A DNA stretch of 64,000 nt from the human T2T-CHM13v2.0 reference genome, Homo sapiens. This document shows, one piece after another, positions 11,870 through 25,991 of the stretch. The translations under genes were made by a program, and so were the position numbers. Each line of letters starts with the position of its first letter. The first letter of the stretch is position 1. The DNA lies in assembly GCF_009914755.1 (NCBI RefSeq), contig NC_060938.1; one strand, written 5' to 3'. Below the pieces are notes generated by a model, which had not been told where the DNA came from, did not search any database, and was given only the letters and a program-made list of their open reading frames with translations.

Positions 11870-12040
11870 TCCTGAGCCCCCTGCTGTACCAAGCACCCAT
11901 TGGTGTCCTGATTTTCCCCCATGGTTCCTGAGAGCCCCCAGCTACCTGCATGCCTCTACAATGGTCTTGAGTGCCCCTTGGTGTCCTGAGGGAGCCTGGT
12001 GTCCTGAGTAACCCTGGCTGTCCTATGCACCCCCACAGGG
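11870..12040. repeat. Degenerate ~19-bp tandem repeat (about 9 units), CTCF-motif-like
   Basis: Units resemble TCCTGAGYGCCCCCTGGTG and lie directly beyond the IGHV(II) RSS. Confidence 0.7.
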
Positions 12041-12080
12041 AGGCTTGGGTATGAGTTCACACTGTGGTTTCCTCACTGTG

Positions 12081-12385
12081 TCTTTTGCTCTAAAATACAT
12101 GGCTATGTGTTTGTTCCTCACATAGTTCAGCTGTAAGAAGAACTACTTTTTGGACATGGATCTGGAGATGGTGACTGGACTCTTGAGAAGAGGGGAGTAA
12201 TTTGTGCTCCCTCCATGACCTATGCACCCGATCCACTCCAGTACCTCCCATGGGGGCGCTGATGGATGCAGCTCCAGCAGGAAACACTGGTTGTGATGGA
12301 GAATGCAGAGATGGCACAGGTGAGGGAGAGGTTCTGTGAAGGCTTCACCAGGCCAAGAGTGCACCGAGAAATACAGTTGTTGGCA
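12081..12385 (-). pseudogene. IGHV(II) clan pseudogene, IGHV(II)-30-1-like (positionally IGHV(II)-30-32)
   Basis: Frameshifted VH4-like V ([20 protein letters not shown] / [31 protein letters not shown]); RSS CACAGTG-23-ACCCAAGCC (12042-12080). Confidence 0.85.
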
Positions 12386-13787
12386 GCCACAGGTTCTGGA
12401 GAACACGCTGAAATTTCCAAATACTTACATTTCTATGAGAATAACGAGCTCACTTGTGCTCAATTAGTGAGTCTCCTAGCATAATGCAGTTGATGCTGAT
12501 GTTGGATTCAGACAAATATAGGGTCACATTTTTCTCCATACTTGGAACCAAGTAATAAAGAGAAACTTATGTTAGGAGAATGGCCATTGAACTATCTCTG
12601 ATCATGGTGATTTTCAGAATAGGCTTGAGATGTGATCACCTAAAGAGTGTCCTAATGCTTAACCAACAATTAGGCCTGAGCAGCAGTCACAGGCACTGGA
12701 GGTCGCCCACATGGAGAAATGTCTGACTCACTGAAGCTGCACCTGGGGGTCTCTGCAGGCTCTGAGTTGTGCAGAAACAGCTCCTCCCTTAGACTCAGAC
12801 TGAGGACAATCTCTGCTCATTCTCTGGGGAAGGTGAGGGTTAGTGTGTGGAAAGAACCCAACTTACTTTGCTCAAGATCTCTGTACTTGAACAGAAACAA
12901 AGAGTAGGAGAAAAAATGATTTCGGTTTTACATAGAATAAATTATCATGAGGAAGGCAATAATATGTCTGGATCTTGCACAGAATTAAGAAACAATGAAT
13001 TTGGGGTAAAGTTGAAAATTACAATTTCTTTGCAGATTCTGTTTTTAGTTATCTATGTCATCTGCGAAAATGAAGTAAAATCAGAGTTTTTATATAAAAA
13101 TTCACAAACAGCATGCTGGCCCCAAGAATGCACCTCCCATCTCTCCAGCATCAGGCCCAATAGACCAGGCAGCCAGCTGCTGCACTGCACTCTTAACACC
13201 CGCCACCTGGTGTGTGCCAAAGACACCCATCCTGGGAGCTCCTCCCAGACAGTGGCTGTGCACAGTGGAGACACTGAGGCATGGCTGCTGCTGGGAAGCA
13301 TTGGACATCCCTGATGGACAACTGTGCTCTGGGAGGCACCAATGGTCTTGCTGGACTTATCTTGGAAGACAGAGTTGTTAGGGAAGCTCCATCAAACTCC
13401 CATGCCTCTCCAGTACTAGTGGTGAGATTGACATTCTGGGGTGACAGTATCTACAGCCCCACCTGGCCTCCTGTGCATTTTTTGCTTCCATTACTTACAT
13501 CTGCTTTGGGACAAATGAAAATGTTTCCTCTTCCTATAATAAACTTTTCTAATCCAGAGATGTCAGGGGTGGCCACAGAAACATAAATGTCCAGAGGCTC
13601 CGAGGGGAACTGGTAGATGCAGAGGAAGCCACAGACCCCGAAGGAAAGCAGCCCATGATAACCATCTGTACCTGCCCTAGAGCTGCCCGTTTTCAGTGGG
13701 TCCTGAGTGCCCCTTTTAGCCCAGCCTCCTCCCTTATCATTGCAGGAAACTCTGTGTCTGTGTTCACACTGATGTCTTCTTACCTGG

Positions 13788-14236
13788 TGCCTCACATACA
13801 GTAACACACAGCTGTGCCCTCTGCTCTCAGACTGTTCATTAGCAAATACAGTGAGTTCTTGGCATTTTCTTTGGAGATGGTGAATTTGCTCTTCAAAGAT
13901 TATGCATAACATATCTGACTTCCATCACACTGTATATCTACTACTCACTCCAGCCCCTTCCCTGGAGCCTGGGAAACCGAGCTCCTTCAGTAGCTACTGA
14001 AGGTTAATCCAGAGTCTGCACAGGAGAGTCTCAGGGATCCCCCAGGTTGTCTTGGGTCCTCTCCGGACTCCACGAGCTGTACCTCTCACTAGACACCTGC
14101 AAACTCGTAGACATCCCGGTCAGAAACTCCCAGACATAATCCACCATTTCTCTCAAGGGTATCCACTCACGCTCAATCTCTCTAGTTCACCTTTTAAAAC
14201 AGCAACAGTGAAAACCCAGCTCAGCCCAAGCTCCAT
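13788..14236 (-). pseudogene. IGHV3-30-33: IGHV3 pseudogene, IGHV3-30-2-like (positionally IGHV3-30-33)
   Basis: Intact leader MELGLSWVFTVAVLK (ATG 14236); V exon from 14096 begins with stops (GTC TAG TGA); defective heptamer CCAGGTA (13787-13781); intact octamer 14363-14370. Name assigned by gene order. Confidence 0.72.
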
Positions 14237-17200
14237 GGTGGGTCCTCTGTCTTTAGTCCTGATCACCAAATAGAAACCCCTGGGAATCCCAGGGCTGGCG
14301 CTTCTCTCCCAGAGCTGTGGGGTCAGGACTGGGCTGGTTTTCATCAGCAGAGGGAGAAACCTATTTGCATGTCTCCTACTGTATAGCAAGCTCTGGGATG
14401 GGAATCCTGAGGAGGTGCAGGGCTCAGAGCAGACAAAGTGCCCTGGGGGAGATTGGTAGTCATCTTATCACTCAGGAAAATATCATTATATTATATGATT
14501 GTGCCTTGATAATCATTTAGCAGTCATCATCTTTTTGACATATTTGTAGAATACATTTAATGCAAGTGTCAATGTCACATTTTAAGGAAGATAAATCACA
14601 CAGAGAACAGAGTGTTTATACAATGCATTCAAGGTCACACAGCTGGACAGAGTTAGCCCCATTATCTCGGCCTGTGCCTCTGACCACTAGAGGAGACTGC
14701 TCCCCTGAGACAACTCCAGGGCAGTGTGAGACATGCCTAGTGAGGTCTGCAGGATTCCACCCCTGCCAGGACATCTCTGTTTTCTTTTAGTGTATTCTGC
14801 TATTGACCTGAAATACATAGAGAGAACCAGTGTTCACGCTTGTGTATTTTCAAGAGTCAGAGATGTTTCGAGTGTTCATTCCCATCTAGTTTTGGCTCCA
14901 CCTCAATAAATGTATTCATTTGTTTCTTTGTTACTGCTTTATTTAAGTACAATTAATAATTAATTCAAATATATACTGCATAATTTGGAAAATGGTAACA
15001 TGTGTGCAACCCTTTAATCAGAGCTTCAATTAATCTGTGTACAATTCACACCTAAATCTTTGTGTCACTTCTCTGTAATTTCATCTCACCACCCCATTAC
15101 TTTCAAAACCCAGTTCCCACCAATATGTAATCTTCTCTGTTGCTTTAGAATAGCTGTACCTTCTGCAGTTTATACAAATAGAAGTTTATGAAGTGCACTG
15201 TTAATTTGTTAGCTACTTCCACTCAGCACAGTTATTTGTGAATGCAGCCATGATTTTATGAGAATGTGGATGCCTGGATTCTAATCCTGTGTTGTACTTT
15301 AGTTCATAATCATACATCAAATTGTCTAACATTCACTTGTAATGGATATGGATACTTGAGTTGTTCTCTTAATTTCTGGCTTTCATAGAGAGAGAGCAGT
15401 TACTCAGTATGGGAATGTGAAAAATGAGGAAACCATGATCTTACTCTTTCCTCATTAACAACAAACCTGAAAAATTATGAATAAATGAAGAAGAAAACCT
15501 TTTAACATATCTGAGTTGCTTTCACGGAGCAAAAAAGAGGACTGAAATCTGAGGAGGCAGACGCCTACAGAGAGGACTGGGGCCCACATGTTACCGAACC
15601 CAGGGCAGGTGCCACAGTATGGTATTGAGAGAGGAACAGGTTAACCTGGAAATATTTAGTGAGGATTTTTTTTTTAAATTTTGGATGCATGTGCTAATGG
15701 TGTTAGATGTGAAACTATTAGTCCTTGCAGGCTTTTTCCCGGGGATCTGAAAAATCCACAGTCAGCTCCCTTATCTGCTGTCCTGCGGTGCTGACAGGAA
15801 GAGAAGAACGGTAAGGACTGTGGAACGCCTGGATTCACCTCCACTGTCTCCAGGGGAAATCCACTAAAACCTGTGTCCTATGGCCTGTGATGTGGTCAAC
15901 AGAAACCAAAGAAAACAGAGGATTCCCAGGAGACTCCATCCAGATGAAATCCTTAATCTTCAGGTTAAGTACAATGGAGGAGAAGCTGAGGACATGGCAG
16001 AGAAACCACTGTGGGTTGGAAAAGACACTCTACCCCTGGGGGAAGAGGTAAGAACAGGAAACTTGGGAAGGCCACCCTGAGAATCATGATTACTGCATAT
16101 GCATAAGAAGGAGGTTGTTTTGGAAGGTTGGAGAACGTCCCCGTTTGTTCGAACCCCTTCTCCACATGGTCAACTAGGTCTGCAGAATAGTGAAGTAGCT
16201 GCATCAGCTCCATTCTGGCCTCTGTCATGTGACAGTTTGGGTGGATTTGCTTTCTGCTCTCTCATAATTTGTTTCCTCTCTCAACTCCTAGCTCCATTCT
16301 TCTTTTAATTCTCACTTTATTGAAGAGATTCATATTTAGCTTAGAACATTAAAACCTTTGGAAGTAATTTTCATCTCAAACCTACCAAATCTAATGAGCT
16401 CTCTCCAGGGGTGCCCATCTGCTTTTTTTCTTCCTTTTCTATGGGGTATGGCCCTTGTTTCTCCCTGAGTCCAGCTCTTATTTTCATATGCATGAGGAGT
16501 CCAACCATCACACACCCAGGGACATCTTGGAGCAACGTAACCTATCATCCGTCTCCTCAGCCCTCATGTGCACAGTGGCCACTCTGTCAGCTGCTGTATG
16601 TGCTTTAGGGCTTTCCATGTAAAAGTGTCTCTCACTTTCCCCCCAAATAAAGTTCCTGGTCCTTAAATACCTTCAAAAGCCAGTCTTCTTTACTGCCCCT
16701 TTGTTGCTAATATTGTTTTATTCCATTAAAATACACTGGGAACCTCAGTGACTATTGTCTGACTTCTATTATCCCATTGTCTGACTTCTGCCTGACTGAC
16801 CCACCCATGAGCTTTAATCCACTGCTCTGCAGCTGATGGGGCCATCTGGACCTTCATTCATAAGAGGTGTGTAATTTATTAGAGAAGACCTGAGATCAGC
16901 AGGTGCCTGAGTTCCTCAGAACACAGGTGTGTCCTGCAGTAGAGTGTGTGTGACTGAAATCACACGTGTGTATAACTTGTAGCCTCAGCCCATAAGGTGA
17001 TGACACCTTCTGGCCATTCCTGGGCAACCTGATGTGGGATGCCCACAGAAGGATGGGTACATGACAAGGATGTTAGAAACCGATGTGGTGTTGGGGGCAT
17101 GGACGGCCAAATTTAATTTAAATCTATTCTGTCCTTGATACTTGGGGAAGACTGGGAGAAAGGGAACAAAACTCAGACCCTATGTAGCTCCTAATTTAGG

Positions 17201-17484
17201 AAGGGATTCAGTGCAAATTGAGAAAGTTGAAGGAATAGACTATACTTTAAGGGATCATTTCTATAGTTCGTTCGAGGAAGTTGAAGGAAAACAGTTATGT
17301 TGGTGATGTTGGTGTGTTTTCCTGTGACTTACTTAGGAGACAGCAGAAGATGTTCAGTGGTCAGTCTCCATGCAGCTGGTCCTCATTGTCCATTTGTTAT
17401 ATCCACATGAAAGATAAAAGAAAATTTTGTGGTACAGGCACCAGGGCTGGTTTCATAGACATTGCCCCAAGAATGGCCAACAGG

Positions 17485-17775
17485 GGCCAGGTGCGGTGGC
17501 TCACACTTGTAATCCCAACACTTTGGGAAACCGAGGCAGGCAGATCATGCAGGGAGGAGATTTGAGACCATCCTAACACAGTGAAACCCTGTCTCTGCTA
17601 AAAATACAAAAAAAAAAAAAATAGCCTGGCATGGTGGTGGACACCTGTAGTCCCAGCTGCTCAGGAGGTTGAGGAAGGAGAATTGCCTGAACCCAGGAGA
17701 CGGGGGTTGTAGTCAGCTGAGATTGCACCACTGCACTCCAGCCTGGCCACAGAGCGAGACTCCGTCAAAAAAAAA
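17485..17775 (+). mobile_element. Alu (AluSc/Y-like, diverged)
   Basis: Full dimer; TSD AATGGCCAACAGG (17472-17484 and 17774-17786). Confidence 0.92.
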
Positions 17776-17902
17776 TGGCCAACAGGGCCATGACACATTT
17801 TTATATGAGAACTACTATTTCTGCCTACTTCATATGGATATCTGAGAGATGTGCCCAGCCTCAGGGAGCTGCTTCTCCCTCCAGGAGCTAATAGAGTTAT
17901 GT

Positions 17903-18285
17903 GGTATTAGTCTGTCTGGGTCTTCATAAGAAGACAACAGGAGTGGGTGGCTTAAACAACAAACATTGATTTTCTCACCATTCTGAAGTCTGAATGTCCA
18001 AGGTCCAGGTGCTGGCAGGGTTGGTTCTTGGTGCGGCTTCTTCTTGGCTTGCACCTTCTAGTCCACTATGTCTCCACATGGCCTCTTCTCTGCGTGCACG
18101 GGAAAAGTGAGAGGTCTCTGGTGACTCTTCCACTTCTTATAAAGACAACAGATCTATTGCATTAGAATCTCAGACTTATGATCACATTTAACCTTAATTC
18201 CATCCTTAAAATTCCAATATAGATCAATTGGATTTAAGGTTTCAGCATTTGAATTTCAAAGACAGCACAATTCAACTGATGACAC
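17903..18285 (-). mobile_element. MLT1-type MaLR LTR
   Basis: TATTAGTCTG...GGGTGGCTTAAACAACAAACATTGATTTTCTCAC...CCAAGGTCCAGGTGCTGGCAGGGTTGGTTC pattern; copy at ~42933-43315. Confidence 0.75.
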
Positions 18286-18575
18286 AAATCAAGAGATGGT
18301 GAGAAGTATTAGAATATATATTTTTTTTAATTAAGAAGGAAAAATGGGACATTCAGGAACTTGTAGGAAAGTTCCTAGTAATTAGTGACACTTTGACTCT
18401 AAGAGGAAAATTTGCCTTCCTCTTTCCTTTCCTACCACAAGGATGTGAGGAAGCAGAACCACAGATAATAAAGAAAGAGGAGCCCTGGGGACAGCTGAGG
18501 TGCTGGCGAGGAGGGAGAGCACTGAGCAGATGAGGAAGCCCCGCCCTCCCTGCACCTGCTCCTGACCCGGCCTCA

Positions 18576-19128
<553 letters not shown>

Positions 19129-19187
19129 GTTCTTGCACAGGAGGTCCAGGACTCTCAGAAAGTATTTCCCATGTGAGCAGGACCCTG

Positions 19188-19240
19188 AATTTAAGGAAAT
19201 GTGTGGTGGTTTTCTGTGGGTGCCTAAGTGAGATTTGCAT
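19188..19240 (-). promoter_or_regulatory. VH4 promoter: octamer plus TTAAATT box
   Basis: ATGCAAAT at 19240-19233; TTAAATT at 19194-19188. Confidence 0.88.
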
Positions 19241-20058
19241 GTGGGTGGTGCCTCTGTATGGACAGGTGAAAAGGGATGAGGGAGGCCCCAGTCTTTTAGA
19301 CTCTCCCTGGGAAGAGGATGCTGGCTGTGCCCTCTGAGAATTCAGTTATCTTCCTGGGGCCTCAACTCACTATGTCCTGGCTCCTCTTTTCCCAGGTGAG
19401 GAAACAGATTGCAACAGCAGCTTAATGTAACAATCACTTGAGTTCAGACACACCAGGATTCACTTAACGTTATTTGTAGTTCAGAACCTCCATCAGGTTT
19501 AGAGGGAATCGCTCTGTCCCAGGGAGTGGATCTTACAATAGCAAAACGGTCTTAGAAAACCCAACATAATCTACAGCGAGACCTCAGCATGGCAAGCAAG
19601 GAATCACTAAAGCCACCAGGGAGCTCCGGATGCACTGATACGATCGAGAAACATAGCGAGTCCGGGAACTGATGGGGACTTTGAGGCAGCCTCTTTTTTT
19701 TTTTTTTTTTTTTTTTTAGGATTCTGTGGTTGAAGGTCACAACACTGGGCCTGACTGCTCCCTGAACCAAGCCCAGCACAATGTGGTTCACCCCAGTGAC
19801 ATTTTCAGAACTTTCTTCCTGTAATGAAAGCACGGTGTGATGTGTATGCACTATTGTGTTTACCTAATGAATGTAAAGAGAAGCACATTTCATGCAGCTG
19901 TATTTTCATAAATGTCAGACACTCATCATGTTAGTGTCTATTTTTCCATGAATCTGTACTGAACAAATTATTCATTCATTGATTTGTAATAGTCTTATTG
20001 AGACATTATTACTATACATTAAATATTGCAAAAAGTGTGTAGTTTAATAAGTACTCAA

Positions 20059-20235
20059 GCCAAGCCTGCTGGCACACAACGGTAGTTCCAGCTACTTAGA
20101 TGGCAGATGCAGGAGTATTGTTGGAGACCAGAAGTTCGAGGTTACATTGCACTATGATCCCACCACTACAATCCAGCCTGGGTCACAGAGAAGGACCACA
20201 TCTCTTCAGAAAAACAAACAAACAAACAAAACAAA
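20059..20235 (+). mobile_element. Old Alu monomer (FRAM/FAM-like)
   Basis: Right-arm-like sequence (CCAGCTACT...CCAGCCTGGGTCACAGAG) with an (AAAC)n tail; copy at ~45095-45270. Confidence 0.7.
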
Positions 20236-21318
20236 ATGTTATTCCACTCGTGCTCACCTTTGCATCCCCAAAAGCCATCCAAATAATGAACAAATTACAC
20301 TTAAAAGTTTCCTTGTGTTCCTCTACAATTCCTCCTTCCCAAATATTTTCTTCCCCACCATATTCTGAGTCAGTCCTTCATATTTAATGCTTTAGTTTTG
20401 AGTTTCAAGAATTATACAGGAATTATATAGTATGTGTTCTATTTGTGTGGCTTCTCGCACATAACTACTTATGATGCAAACATGTTGAGCATCAACAATG
20501 TATTGATTCTCATGATGGATGTTATTACAGTAAATTAGCATGCCATTACTTTTATCTATGTATCTTCTTGATATTTGTATCATTTCTAGTTTCTTAGTAT
20601 TACACATAGAGGTGCCTCTCAGCTTGGAGATGTAAGCACCCCATAAAAATATGTTATTATTCTTACAACAGCTACTAAACTTACTGATCTGCAAATTAGC
20701 ACATATACATCAAATTTTTGATGTTATAGGACAAACAATATATCTGAAATCTGAAGAGAGATAAGGACTTGCAGGGAAATAAACAGGAGCAGATGATAAT
20801 CTTTTCTGGCACAGAGGCTGCCAAATGCCATTTAAGTTAGCACACGATTAAAGTAGACATATTCATTGGATGGTTTCAATTTGAGTGTGATAGAGAAGTT
20901 ATTGTTTAAATTCTCAGAGTGTATACAGTTGAGGAATTCCTCCTGCTATTGAAGCCTTTTTCTTCAGTACTGGGGATACATCACAAAATGCTCCACCCTC
21001 TACCCCTTGGGATGGTGCTGTCTGGGAAAGCAAAACAGCAACTATAGGTGAAGTGCATCCAGGCACACCTCCCCATCACCACTACATTGCAAGAGAAATT
21101 ATCTGCGGAGGTAAAGCCACCAAAACCACTGTTCTACAGACACTGGAGAAACCAATAAGAACTGGGAGGGGAGAGAGGAATGCACCAAGTCCCTGTCCAG
21201 GCCCACCTCCTGTCTTCCCTTAGGAATAATGCCTTATTCAAAAGGAAAAGGCAGAAACTGAAGAAATCAGTGGGAAGACATAGTGGCTGCTGAAGGAACA
21301 TATGAATAAAAATGAAGA

Positions 21319-21615
<297 letters not shown>

Positions 21616-21628
21616 GAATGACAAGAAT

Positions 21629-21800
21629 GGCCAAGTGTAGATGAAGCGCCCTGGAAACCTAGCTACTTGCTAGCCAGGAGGTTGAGGTGGGAGGATTCTA
21701 TGAGCCAGGAATTTGAAATCACCCTGAGCTATGTTATGATCACAGCACTGCAGTCCAACCTGCACAACAGAGTGAGACTCTGTCTCAAAAAAAAAAAAAT
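21629..21800 (+). mobile_element. Old Alu monomer (FRAM/AluJ right arm)
   Basis: GAGGTTGAGGTGGGAGGATT...ACAGAGTGAGACTCTGTCTC plus A-tail; copy at ~46669-46837. Confidence 0.75.
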
Positions 21801-23859
21801 TAATTTCACACAATTGTAAAGCTACTCAGAGGAAGTTAAACTGCGCATCCTCACATATCATCTAGCACTTCTGATATTTTGAAGAAAACATGTGACCTAA
21901 GACCTTCAGAATAAGCTGATGATCTCAAATCATGAAAAGCTTCCACACAAGACATTGGACCAGAATCCTCCTCCATATCCTACTCATTATTCTTTGCTTA
22001 TAAACAGTCTTCTCATTTTCTGCAGACCTGGCTGTTGTCCACCCATACTGGAGTCTTGTCTCTCTTCTTACTCATCATTTGTATACTTGCTATTTAGAGT
22101 AAGTCATCAGACTCTATGTTTAGGCCTGACTGCTGAGAACTTCAGGCTCTTTCCTCCATCATCTCTTTTTTTAAGCATACAAGGTAAATCTAGTCAGAAA
22201 TCACAGGAGCTCCCTCATTTGATGCCAATTTGACCTTGAAACCCCACAAAACCCTTCCTGCAAGTAGGACGCTCTTGCCCCGCTCCCCACCAAACCATGA
22301 TAACAACCCTGAGCCAGTCTCCTTCCCTGCCCTATCAAGCCACTTTGGACCTTAATGAGAGACCTGCCCTGCTCTCAGCAGACACCTTAAGGATGCAGGT
22401 AACTATCCTTTCCATACTCAGTTGGTGTGAGTGTGTGGCATAATCACACTCAACATCCACAGAAAAGTTTAGTCGAGATCTCTTGGCATTGGCATGGTGT
22501 CGGCTACAATGGATGCTGGGAGCTTGGTGTCATGACTCCTTCCAAAGGACATGCCTGCTCCCTGAGTTAACTCCAAGATGCAGTTGGACATGCCTCCTGG
22601 GGTTTGAGAAGCTCCTTTCATGTACTGAAATCCTGTCATTATGTTTTTGTATTCTAGTGTCTCCCTAAAAGTACAGTGAGACCCAGGGTCCATTCATGTG
22701 TGTATTCAGGACTCTCTGATTTTTATGTATTTTATTCATCTCTCTCTACTACCTTTTCTACCAAACTAGACATTTAAAAAATTGCAATATTTTAATGAGG
22801 TGAAATTAGCAAATAAGAATCTTTACATAAAGTGTACAATTTTACAAATATTGACATAATCCTCACTTTTACTAACAGAGAAAAAAATCAATTATCCTAG
22901 AAATTTCCTTTTGTTCTCCTGTAGTTTCTCCTTTCTATACCTTCTCTTCTTGTACCATGTCCCCAGTCAACTACAGATCTTTTTATGTAACTTTAAGTTC
23001 ATTTTTACTTTATAGAAATTATAGAAGTGGAATCGTATGTATGCACTTTTATTTGTCTGACTTATTTTACTTATTCAAGTACTTGCTATTTTAAGCATGG
23101 TGTTGGGTGTATCCAGCATTACTTGATTGTAGCAGTGGGTATGATTCCAGTAAGTGAATTTTCCACAATTTGTTTACCAGTTAAGCTGCTGAATAACAGT
23201 TGGATCGCTTTTGGTCTCTGGGTATAATAAACAAAGATGCTACTTAGCTTAGAGAAGTGACAAGCTGAGAAAAACATGGTTCTTATTTTTACATAACATG
23301 AATAGCAGGCAAAGCAGAAAAGCTGCACACTAATCAATTTGCTTCAATACATCACATAATTAAAGTTGGGAAGCTCTGTGTGTGTGTCAGTTCACGTGTT
23401 TTTGTGTGACAGAAGAGAGAAGGCAGGAGGAGAGACCATGCCAAAAGGAGACCCTACCTGTTTTGACCATAATGTGTGAGGTACTCAAGTAAATACAGGG
23501 ACTTAGTGCTTGATGGACAAGGTCCACATAAGATGGAGAAGACAACTGGATGCACCTCCATATGGGTACATATTAGTATTTACATAAATGCCATTTTCTA
23601 ATCATATCAACACTCAGACACATTAGAAGAGATGTAGTGGAGGGTGTCTGGTGGTGAAATATGATGGTGAGAACAACCCACATCTACAGCCCCTTTTCTG
23701 CCCTGTTGCACTTGCCCTGATGCGAAGCCTTGATCCTGCTCATCCTGACCCCTAACAATCATCCTAAGCCCCCATACTGCCCCGAATGCCCCCTGCTGCT
23801 CCTATTCACCCCTGCAGGGAGGGTTGTGTCTAGGCTCACAATGAAGGCCCTTCATTGCG

Positions 23860-24142
23860 TCTTTTGCTTAAAAATGCGTAGTTGTGTGTTCACTGGGCAC
23901 AGAGCTCAGCTGTAAGAACTGTTTCTTGGATCTGGATATGGACTCTTGAGCAGTGGGTTGTAATTTGTGCTCCCTTCACAACCCATGCACCTGATCCACT
24001 CCTGTCCATCTTCTAGGGGCAAGCAGATACAATTCTAGCAGGAAACACTGGTTATGATGGGGAATCCAGAGACAGTGCAGGTGAGGGAGAGGGTCTGCAA
24101 GGACGTCTCAAGCCAGAAGTGTGCTGAGAAACATAGTTGTTG
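23860..24142 (-). pseudogene. IGHV(II) clan pseudogene, IGHV(II)-28-1-like (positionally IGHV(II)-30-41)
   Basis: Degenerate VH4-like V exon; RSS CGCAATG-23-ACACAACCC (23821-23859). Confidence 0.82.
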
Positions 24143-25533
24143 ATGTTAACAGGTTCTGGGCAACACAGTGAAATTCCCAAAACCACACATTTTTATGAGA
24201 ATAAAGAGCTCACTTTGTCCAATTTGTGAGTCTCCTAGAACAATTCAGTAGATTTCGAGGTTAGGTTAAAAAGTATTATCACATGTTCCTTTCCTCAAAC
24301 TTGCAACCAAATAAAAAAGAGAAACTGCCGTTAGAAAAATGAACCTTGAATTGTTACCATGGTGTGTGATAACGATGATTTTTAGAATATGATTGACCTG
24401 TGATAACCTGAAGACTGTCCTAATTCCGAGCCACAATTAGACCTGAGCAGCAATCACAGGGAGTGAAACACCTGACTCAGTGAAGCTGCACCTGGGGGTC
24501 TCCGCAGGCCCTGAGTGGTACAGGAACAGCTCCTCCCTCAGACTCAGTCTAAGGAGAACTTCTGCTCTTTATCTGGGGAGGTGAGGGTGAGTGCGTGGAA
24601 AGTACCAAACTTGCTCTAATCAAGATCTCTGCACATGGGGAGAACCAAAGTATACGAGAAACAACTGGTTTCAGTTTAGATCGAACAGTTTCTCATGAGA
24701 AGGGCAGTACCATGTCTGGATCCTGCACAGAATTCAGAAACAATGAACTTGGGGTAAAGTTGAAAATTATAATTGTTTGCAGATTGTGTTATTAATTATC
24801 TATGTCATCTGAGAAAATGAATTAAATCACATGGTTTTCATATAAAAATTGACAAAGCGTGCTGGCCCTGAGAATGCACCTCAAATCCCTCCAATATCCA
24901 GGAGCCCAATAGACCAGGCAGCCAGCTGCTGCACTGCACTCTAACACCCATCAACTGTGTGTGCCAAAGACACCCATCCTGGGAGCTCCTCCCAGACAAT
25001 GGCTGTGCACAGTGGAGAGATTGAGGCATGGCTGCTGCTGGGACACATGGGAGATCCCTGATGGACAACTGTGCTCAGCGAGGCACCAATGGCCTTGCTG
25101 GACTTAGCTTGGACCACGGGGTCATCAGGGAAGCTCCATCAAACTCCCACCCTTCTCCAGCACTAGTTGTGGGTCTGGCATTGGGGGTGGCAGTGTCTAC
25201 AGACACACCCGGCTCCTATGCATTTTTATGCCTCCAATACTTACATCTGTTTTTAGGACATATGAGAATATTTCCTCTTTCAAATTAGTTTTCTAATCCA
25301 GCGACCTCATGGTGGGCACAAAATATAAATGTACAGAGGCTCAGAGGGGAAATATTAGAAGCAGAGGAAACCACAGATCCTGAAGGAAAGCAGCCCTTAC
25401 CCTCCCTCCATCTGCACCTGCCTTGGGGCTGCACCTGTTTTGTGAGTGCTGAGTGTCCCCTTTGGCCCAGACTCCTTTCTTCTTTTTGCAGGAAATTTTG
25501 TGTCTGGACTCACACCGATGTTTCCTCACTTGG

Positions 25534-25991
25534 AACCTTATGTACAGCCATACACAGCCATGTCCTCAGTTCTCTGACTGTTCATTTGCAGATACAGAGA
25601 GTTCTTAGCATTGTCTTTGGAGATGGAGAATCTGCCCTTCACAGAGTCTGCATGGTGTATCTGACTTCCATCATCTTTTATATCTATTACTCACTCCAGC
25701 CCCTTGCCTGCAGACTGGTGAACTGGGCTCATTCAGAAGCTACTGAAGGCGAATCTAGAGGCTACACAGGAGAGTCTCAGGAACTTCCCAGGTTGTCTCA
25801 GGTCCTCTGTGGGCTCTATCAGCTCCACCTCACACTGAACACCTGAAAATACAAACAAATCCTGGTCAGAAACTGGCAAACATATCCACTGTTTCTCTCA
25901 CTCATATCCACTCACTCTCACTCACTCTAGTTCCCTATGAGTTACCTTTTAAAATACCAACAAGAAAAATTCAGCTTAATTCACACCCCAT
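25534..25991 (-). pseudogene. IGHV3-30-42: IGHV3 pseudogene, IGHV3-29-like (positionally IGHV3-30-42)
   Basis: ATG 25991 with stop in the leader; V exon from 25842 (EVELIEPTEDLRQPG...); RSS CCAAGTG-23-ACACAAAAT; octamer remnant lost. Name assigned by gene order. Confidence 0.72.

Noticed and set aside
12042-12080. Second perfect CACAGTG (12066-12060) inside the IGHV(II) RSS spacer
   Set aside because: Only 9 nt from a poor nonamer, so it is neither a 12- nor a 23-RSS; probably a chance variant of the usual spacer.
12847-13314. 155-aa ORF (178 aa at 62591-63127)
   Set aside because: GTG start, frameshifted between copies and broken in the older paralogue (682-882); no coding signature.
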